DNA of 63,851 bases from Paraspadella gotoi (taxonomy: Eukaryota; Animalia; Chaetognatha): assembly GCA_051294375.1 (NCBI GenBank), contig CM119268.1, positions 3,313,856-3,377,706 of the forward strand. Reading direction: 5' to 3'. The notes under the pieces were generated by a model. That model was not told where the DNA came from, made no database searches, and worked only from the letters and a program-made list of their open reading frames with translations. A program made the translations under genes and the position numbers. Below, in pieces: positions 55,204-63,851 of the stretch. Every line of letters begins with the position of its first letter. Within the stretch, counting starts at the first letter, position 1.

Positions 55204-56044
55204 ACGATCAGCGGGGTATGAATCACTCCAGCTCCATCCTCGTATTTTATTGTTTCCTCTTTTATGCATCGCATCGTACATTTCATTCTTCTATACATCT
55301 CGCCTATTAAGTACTCTTTACCAGATCACAATTTTTCAAAGCACTTCACTTAACCCTAAATTCGGAATTAAGGTATTTTAAAGTTTGGTTTGAAGATAAG
55401 GTTAGGGGTATAGGCTCGGGGATTGGGGTCAGGGGATAGAGTCTAAGTTTAAATGAAAAAGTAGAGTTAGTCTTAGATAATAAGATAAAATTAAGTTGAG
55501 GAACAGGCCCTTTCGAAAATAAATGCTACTCTATGTTAATTGTCTGTATATCCTTTAACGCCCAAAAGATTATCTGTCTGCACGTTCAAATTAGTCTAAC
55601 TAATTATTAAGTTCTTCCAATGAAGAAACGCGACCCCGCAGGTTTTTAAAACATCGGCAAAATCAATTTGTTAACTAAAGTTTTTCAACATTCATATAAT
55701 TTACAACGTCAGCTCCCACATTTGCTGTTCCTCGATGTTTCATATTTACGTGACAATATATGAAAAAAATGTATACTTTTTTGGGGAAAGTAACTAAATT
55801 ATCATGTTTCAAAATTATCTCGAAGTTTGCTACTTTGAGTGAAAAATGTCAACCTCGGTCACACCTCAATACGTACACTCTCATACTACAACATGCAAAT
55901 GAGATTTAAATATTGCTACATGGCTTAATACAATCATTGGTCTCTTCGTTGAAATCGCCATCGAGAAAATTGTTTTTTCTCCGTCTTTTTTTTATTTTTA
56001 CAAATTTCGCTCCCGACAGAATTTTTTTTCGCTCGAATGTATAA

Positions 56045-56096
<52 letters not shown>

Positions 56097-56215
56097 TCTC
56101 TCTCTCTATCTCTTCTTTTTGCGACTGACGCCATCTTCAATTTTCGAAATAAAAAAAATTATTTCTTTTTCTCAGAAGGAATTTTCTCAACTTCTCCGTC
56201 TTTAAAGTCGTCATT

Positions 56216-56249
<34 letters not shown>

Positions 56250-57652
56250 TGACTCGTGCTTCCCGTTTCATTTTATTTCCGGTTTTCTTCTTATTTAAAT
56301 GAATAAATAAAATAATAAAAGTAATTAAGTTTTTTTCTTTTAATTTTATTTATTATTTATTCTTAAATGACAACTAACTCACCAATACGGCCCTCACAAC
56401 CTACTCACGATTTCTCCGCTCGTCTCACATTTTCCCTGTGTCTCTCGCCTTTCACTCTTTCACCCAAAAATCACTTTCTCCCTCTTCCTTCCCCGTGAAC
56501 CTCACTCGCTTTTCCATTCACTCGTTCCTCTCAGCGGCCAAATGCTCACGATGATAAAAGGGGAGAAAATTTGGAGGAAGGAGGAAGGAGGGAGAAAGAA
56601 GAGGACGAGGAAGAAGAAATAGAAAAAGAAGTTGAGGAAAGAAAACAAATCATTAAAAATCATTAAAAGTTTGAACTAAATATTAAACAAAAATATTGGG
56701 TAAAAAAAAAAGAAACATGCGAGGAGATAAATAGCAAATAAAAAATAATAAAAAAATGATAGATAAAGAAAATAATAGAAAGAGAAAAAAAAAACGGAGA
56801 AGGTAGGAAAAAGAATTATACTGTTGTAGAAGTGCAAATACGACAACAAAAGAAGATTAAAAGAGGGAAGGAAAAATATAAAGGGGAAAGAAAAGAAAAG
56901 AAAAAAACGGAAAAAGAAAAGGAAAAAAAAAGGAAAAAGACAAGTCAAAAAAGGAGGGTTAAAGGAAAGAAGGCGATTGGACCCTCGCATATGAATCATT
57001 CGGAGAAGAGAGAGGAAAGATTAAAAAAAGGAGGTAGAAGGAAGAGAGAAAGGAAGAAAAAGGATAGAGGTGGAAGGAGGAAGTAGAAAGAAAAAGAAAA
57101 TATGTGAGGGAGAAAAAAGGGAGAAAAAGGGTGTAGAAGGAGAGCGGTGGTAGAGAGAATAAGAGAAGATGGGAGGAAGGAGGAAAGAGAAAGGGAAAAA
57201 AAGGAAAAGAAGGAGATAGGAGGAAGAAAAAAAAGGACAAAAAAGGAATAGAAGGAGAATGGAGGAAGAAAAGAAAGAAAGAAAAAAAAAGGAAAGAAGG
57301 AGAATGGAGGAAGAAAAGAAAGAAAGAAAAAAAAGAAAAGAAGGAGAATGGAGAAAGAAAAGAAAGAAAGAAAAAAAAAGAAGGAGAATGGAGGAAGAAA
57401 AGAAAGAAAAAAAGTAAAAGAAGGATTTTGGAGGAAGAAAAGAAAGAAAGAAAAAGAGGTAAAGAAGGAGATTGGAGGAAGAAAAGAAAGAAAAAATAAA
57501 AAGCGCAAAGTCGGTTCTCATATATTCGCCGATTTTTGAATCGATCGCCGTTGAAAGGAACCCGCTTCTGAATGGGCCTCTTCTACGTCAAGGACCCTCC
57601 TTCACAAAAAGGCTCGTCGGGGGGAACCGCGGGTCCGATATATGGGGTTAGG

Positions 57653-57713
<61 letters not shown>

Positions 57714-58720
57714 GAAATCAAGGGGAATCGGTCCAGGCTTAGGAGAGGAAATTTTTGGGGCGAGGGAGAGAAAGAGGTTGAGTGAAGATAGAAAATTAAA
57801 GAGTTGTAGATTTTTGTAGCAATAAACTTTATTTTTGATAAAAAAAAAAATTGAGGTTTTGAAACATGAGTGTTAAGAAAAATAATGTTACATATTTTTT
57901 CGTTTTGTTTTACATCCGTGTTTAGTGAACTGTTCACTGTTCAATGTTCACTGTTCACTGTTTACATTTATTAAACCAATGCAGACGATTTCTAGTAAAA
58001 ACAAACCAAACAAATTAATTGAAAATTAATCTTTTTTTAAACAAATGAATTGATATTTCAAAACTTAATATTAAAAAAAAACCTGTATCGATCCGCCATT
58101 CGTCTCTACTATTTATAAGCGTCTACTCGTTCGAGACCAAAGCGCTCCTAGCGGTCAAAGACGTCGAATCGACCTTTGACATCAAACTGGACGAATTCGC
58201 TCAACGAAAACCAAGCAGCTGCGACTAAAAAGAAAGAAAAAGAAAAGAAAGAAAAAATCATTTCCGTCGAACCTAAATTTGGTTCGCGTCTTTTTCTTCT
58301 TACTTTCGCTGTTTCGTCGATTATCGACTTTTTTCTCTTTGTTTTCTTTCTTTGTTTCTTAGTTTCTTTTCTTTCTCTCTTTTTTTTTCTCGTTTTTATT
58401 TACATCTTTATTTCTATATTGTTACAACGTAACTGTTTTCATTCAATAAGTCTTTCTTAATATTGATCTTTACCATTTCTTTTTTTCACAGATTTGCGAT
58501 AATATCAAAACGATGCCGGTTTTTAAACAAAGTAGTACGAAACATAAACAAAACAATGTTTCTTGAACAAAACAAACGATTCTCATTTTAAACATCGAGT
58601 TTAAATCGGACGAGGAAAATCGAAACGAATTAAACAACTCGTTCTACTTCGACTTCGAGTCAAACATTCTGACCACAACAATCCACGTCGGATTTTAAAT
58701 ATTCCCGCGCTAATTTCCAA

Positions 58721-59140
58721 ATGAGGACGCGCTTCTCGGCGTCGTCGGCGTCCCCACGCCGGCCGGGATCCGGCGCCGCCTCGGGATGCAGCGCCGGTTT
58801 CGGTTCCATCTCGAAAACCTCTCGGCGTTGGGGATTTAAATCGGAACGAAAGAAAGAAGCGTCGCTCATTGGCGGATGGAATTGGTCGTCGTCGTCGTCG
58901 TCGTTATCGCCGTCGACGTCGTTATCAACGACGGCTCAAACAAGAGATCAACATTTCTCCGTCTCTCCCCTCAACTCCTCTTCCTCCTCCCTTCATCCCT
59001 TCCCCCTCTCCCTCCCTCGTTCCCTCCCCCTCTCTCCGTCCCTCCCCCTATCCCTCCCTCTCTTCTCTCTCCCTCGATTGACGGTGAAATACATCGTCGT
59101 CTTCTTCGTCGCTTCTCTCCTCAACTTTGTGCCTTTGACG
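58721..59140 (+). CDS. First coding exon of an LRR protein gene: long Ser/Pro/Arg-rich leader ending in a signal-peptide-like hydrophobic segment
   Basis: ATG at 58721 and 140 open codons ending ...LTVKYIVVFFVASLLNFVPLT, then a GTGAGA donor at 59141 (phase 0). This joins in frame to the LRRNT exon as FVPLT|LGNCP. A probable upstream acceptor ttttttcacAG lies at 58491. Confidence 0.6.
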
Positions 59141-60670
59141 GTGAGATTAATATTGTTTATTTATTGTTTAATTAATTAATTTGTATATTTTTATTCGTTA
59201 ATTCATTTTGATAAAGACCCACTCCCTTAAGTATTAGATCGGGAAATACTATATATTACTCCGCACTAATATCAAAATAAAAGGAGCGATGTTACTGAAT
59301 TATTATTTATCATTCGTTATTATTTTTAATTATTATTTATTATTAATCTTTATTATTTATTTATATTAGTTATTATTCATTATTATATACTTATTTACTT
59401 AATTACAAGGAGCTGTTTTCGTTTTAAGCTTTATAGTTTTTATTTTTGTGGTTATCTGCAGGCAGACGATCTTAATGCTCTCTATTCGGATTTGTATTTT
59501 TTCTCGCATTTTTGCTAGAATATTCGCAATGCGTAACGTCATGAATATTGCAATTCGAGCCGCTGAATCGTTGTTGTGCTTAATTTTTGAATTTTAATTC
59601 AGATTGCCAAATCCCGTTTGAAATCCAGTTCCCTTTCCATTGAAAAAAATAACTTTTACAGCATTTTTAAACTGTTTAAAAAGGGACGTCTATTTGAAAA
59701 AAGGTTGTACATTTTCGGGCAGAACGATTTAAAAATGTCTGGTCTCAACAACGTCAGGGAAATGTCTCATTCTCTCTCAGACGAGAAAAATTTGTTTTCC
59801 CGAAAGTTTCCTTCTCTGTTTCTTGTCACACANNNNNNNNNNNNNNNNNNNNNNNNNNNNNNNNNNNNNNNNNNNNNNNNNNNNNNNNNNNNNNNNNNNN
59901 NNNNNNNNNNNNNNNNNNNNNNNNNNNNNNNNNNNNNNNNNNNNNNNNNNNNNNNNNNNNNNNNNNNNNNNNNNNNNNNNNNNNNNNNNNNNNNNNNNTA
60001 TTTCTTTTCTTCTTTCCTTTTTTTTCTCGGCCTTCTGTTTTTCTTTTTCTTTCTTTCTTTCTTTCTTTATTTCTTTTTTCAAGTAAAAGCAAAAGTAAAC
60101 AAATTTTGTCGATTCACTTTCCGAGGCTACAAAAAAAAAACGAGGCAATTTAAGACGCGTCAAACGAAGGCTCTTTTACCGAGTGATCTCCCCTCAAGCC
60201 CTTCTCCCCTTTAGTGCCGCAGATGTTTCCTTATTACATCCGTGGTGGGAGGGAGTGATGTAAATGCTCGTAAAGCGATAAAAGTCGATGCGCAAAATGT
60301 GTCAATAATGATGGATGACGTTCCGAGTCGCGAATGTTGAATTCGTTGAAGGCAAAATATGGTTAGTTTGGCGTATCCTCAATTTAAACGAAAAAGTGTG
60401 CATATTCTGTGTTGTTTAAGGAAAAAGAATCATGTCATTATAATTAAAGATATATTTTCTGAGACTGTCACATGTTTTGCAATACCGTAATTTAACAACC
60501 TCATAGATAGTTACTTAAGGCTCTTAGCTAAAAAAATATTGTTTGATAGTTTTGTAATGAGTTCATTTTATTCGCCATTGGTGGATGATAAATAATAACA
60601 GTTGTTTAAGTCTTTTTTCATTCCTATCTTTTTTTTAAATTAGGTCTCTTTATTTTTTTTCTTATCAATA

Positions 60671-60775
<105 letters not shown>

Positions 60776-60858
60776 CACTTTCCCTTCTCTCTCATCTTTT
60801 TCCAGTCTCTATCCACGACGCGTTTTATTCTGAATTTTATGATTTAAATTAGCGCGCC

Positions 60859-60942
<84 letters not shown>

Positions 60943-61219
60943 ATTTAGCTCGGTAGATATGAAATTGGTATAACCAATATAAATTCATTCAATTCATGTC
61001 TATTTCTATAATCTGTATTTATTTTTGTATTGACCTTATTTCTTATATTTCGGAAGACGTTCAATTTTGATTTTTCTCCTTTCCCCTTTCGTTGTCTCGG
61101 TCTCCTCTTTTCCAACTTCTCCCTCTCCCTCTGTTTTTCAACACCTCCACCCACCCTCCCCCCCCCCCGACTCTCCACCCTCCCCCCCCGACTCTCCCCC
61201 CTGTTCCCCAATACTCCAG

Positions 61220-61396
61220 CTGGGCAACTGTCCCGTCCTCCCGCCCTGCAAGTGCGAGACGAACCCTTCCACCAACAAGACCTACATCTACTGCAAGAGG
61301 CTCAACCTCATCAAGGTCCCCAACTTTATGCTCAGCTTCACCGCCTACGACGAGCTCGTTCTCAGCGAGAACGTTATCACCGACATCCCTAACTGG
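61220..61396 (+). CDS. Exon encoding the LRR N-terminal cap (LRRNT) and first leucine-rich repeat of a secreted or cell-surface LRR protein
   Basis: Pyrimidine tract with ctccAG acceptor (61218-19) and GTGAGA donor (61397). The 59 codons read LGNCPVLPPCKCETNPSTNKTYIYCKRLNLIKVPNFMLSFTAYDELVLSENVITDIPNW, with the CP..PCxC...C cap and an LxLxxNxIxxI repeat. Third codon positions are strongly C/G-biased. Confidence 0.88.
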
Positions 61397-61505
61397 GTGA
61401 GAGAGATGAGGGAGGAAATGGGGAAGGGGGAGGGAGGAAAGGGGGGAAGGAAGTAGAGGGAGGAAAGGGAGAGGAGAATGGACTTTCTGAGCCCGTCTTT
61501 TATTA

Positions 61506-61545
61506 TTTATAGTTTTATGATTTCATGAAATCATAAAACTATAAA
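61506..61545. repeat. Perfect 40-bp loopless palindrome
   Basis: tttatagttttatgatttca|tgaaatcataaaactataaa. Confidence 0.9.
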
Positions 61546-62856
61546 GCAACTTTTTTTCCTGGTTTAACAAATGAGCAGACAACTATAGGCGAGTTATGAG
61601 CATTTTTTTTAACGTAAGTGGGACAGACTGACCGAACGACAGACCGACCGAAAAGTGTCTCGTGATTTTGCTCATCGAGTAGTCGCGGCGCAACTAAAAA
61701 CAGAGCAAACTGAGCATAAAAGAATAGAGGGAGAAAGGGACGAAAAAAAAAAGGAAGGGTGGGACCGAGACACGAAAAAAAGGAAAGCGAGTTAGGGAAA
61801 GAAGTAGAAGAGGTGATGGATAAAGGAGATAAGAAAGGAAAAGGAGTAATTAAGGATGAAGAGAGAAAAAAAAAGGAAATTAAGAAATAATAATGAAGAA
61901 TAACGAAGAAAAGATATTAAATCCAAAATAAAGAAGAAATATTGGGGGGAAGAAAATGAGCGGAACAACACAAAGTTTATGCCATAAATGTTTAAAACAA
62001 ATGCAAGGTTCCTTTTTCCAAAACTTCCTCCGGCACCAGATGCCATGGCTGTACATAGCCAATAAAAATAATTAATTATTGACGATTTTTTCTCTGCAGT
62101 AGATGATATAAGTTGAGATTATATATATAGTTGACTCGCGTTCTCTTTACGTAATTTCTCTAACGTTCGTGACGATAATTGATTGATAGATAATTGATTG
62201 ATTATTACGACGACGGTGATGAATTGATTGACGACGATGCAGACGACGAAGATCATAAAACCAACGTCGTTTCGATTCGATTCGTTTCGATTCACCGTCA
62301 ACTTTTATCGGAGAATTTCGTCCAAATCAAGTTGATTCGTAAAATTCGTTGAACCAGAAAACGAAACGAAAGAAAATTTTTAAAAAATATATTTTTTCAC
62401 AAATGCGTAAAATAATTCGCCTATTGTTATGAACCCACAACCCAGTCTGCCTTTAAGGATTTACTAAGACCATAAATAATATGTAATATAATCTATATTG
62501 ACGATTGTCATACCTAAAGTTTCTCAAAACGATCGACGGCGAGCGAACGAGATTGAAATATCGACCGCGGCGAGCACGATGGCCAAAACTGGCCCAAAAT
62601 GGCCAAAAATGGCAAAATGGCAGAATTGGAGAAATCTCTTGGATCGATGTCCGATTCCAGTTTCCTCTCCATTTGTCCATTTGGCTTCTCTGGTTCCCTC
62701 GACGCCCTAGCGGAGAAAAAAAAAGACCGAATCAGCTGTTTTCTCTCTTTATTTATATTTCTTTCTTTTCCTAATTCCTTTCTTTTTTATTTTTCTTTAT
62801 TTCTATATTTTTATATATCGCTTTTCTTTCTTGCTTTCTTTCTTTCTTTCTTTTTT

Positions 62857-62943
<87 letters not shown>

Positions 62944-63049
62944 CTTTTTCTTCTTCTCTTTCTTTATTTCTAGTGGTCTGCATTTGCGCGGCAAAAGTTC
63001 GATCTTGACACGAAACGAGATTAAGTCGTTGGCAGAAAGGATAAAACAT

Positions 63050-63270
63050 TGGCATGGAGATGGCGCTCGGACATGGAGATGTCGCCTTGGCATGGAGATA
63101 GCTCTGGGGCGTAGCAGATCGCGCGCTGGCATGGAGAAGGCGCTCGAGAATGGAGATGGCGCTCTGGCATGGAAATGTTTTTCGATCATCAAGAAGGTCC
63201 TCTGGTATGTCAGATGGCACTCTCGAATGGAGATGACGCTCTGGCAGGGCATGGCTTTGGCATGGCAGAA
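63050..63270 (+). repeat. Degenerate tandem repeat with core ggcatggagatggcgctc
   Basis: About 8 recurrences of (g)catgga(ga)/atggag motifs. Confidence 0.6.
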
Positions 63271-63851
63271 AAGCAAGGAAGAGAGCATAGAGGCATATGA
63301 CTGTGACGCGAACCTTGGGAGAAAAAAAATGGTTGTTTAAGCTTTTCTCCTTTCTTTTTTTGGACCCATAGTCATAGATTTGATTATTTTCAGATAAAAA
63401 TGTTAACAAAATGAAAAAAGTCAAGAAAGTCAAGAAATTTAATTAAGTTAAGAATGTTAAGAAAGTTATTTCTTTGGACAACCGCAGTTAAATATGAAGA
63501 ATTGATAACTTCATTTAACATGTTAAACTATATATATATAAAAAACCGCTCTATTTCGAAGACTTCTGTTTTCCTCAAAGGCGCTGGCAAGTCAAGTCAT
63601 AACATCAACGAAAGTTAAGAAAGTTAATTTATTATACTAATCACCATTTTAAACTTTTTCCTACTTTTTCTAATTTATCTTTTTCACGATTCTTTGCCCC
63701 TCATTCTCTTCTTTCCATCATTTCATCTGTCAATCATTCCATGATTCCAACAGTCCATCATTCTTATCTTTTCATCATTCCATCATTTCATCTGTCAATC
63801 ATTCTATCAAACCATCATTCCCTCATTCCATCACTCCATCATTCTTATCTT

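Noticed and set aside
62974-63050. Next LRR exon (SILTRNEIKSL resembles LxLxxNxIxxL)
   Set aside because: The nearest AG gives the wrong phase relative to the phase-0 donor at 61397, the frame runs into a tandem repeat, and codon bias differs from the real exon.

Overview
Eukaryotic (most likely animal) genomic DNA: spliceosomal GT-AG introns, abundant (GA)n/(GAC)n/(GAAA)n microsatellites, tRNA-derived SINE-like heads. It comes from a hybrid assembly in which clean contigs alternate with indel-rich long-read fills, and five exactly 25-N gaps each sit next to a noisy duplicate of nearby sequence. Most ORF-track entries are low-complexity noise. Two genes are supported. (1) A minus-strand, two-coding-exon CoA-dependent acyltransferase of the condensation-domain/alcohol-acetyltransferase-like type (4470-7472), whose exon 1 resembles a mitochondrial presequence. 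(2) The 5' part of a plus-strand leucine-rich-repeat protein gene (58721-59140 joined to 61220-61396). The most notable non-genic structures are a 2.9-kb AT-rich element with ~830-bp terminal inverted repeats (CACGG...CCGTG, 17708-20620) that may be a polymorphic insertion, a ~1.8-kb tandem duplication whose middle segment is flipped between copies (38468-41567), and a 287-bp MITE-like hairpin. I found no CRISPR array, rRNA or intact tRNA. Family assignments come from motif recognition by eye, not from database searches.
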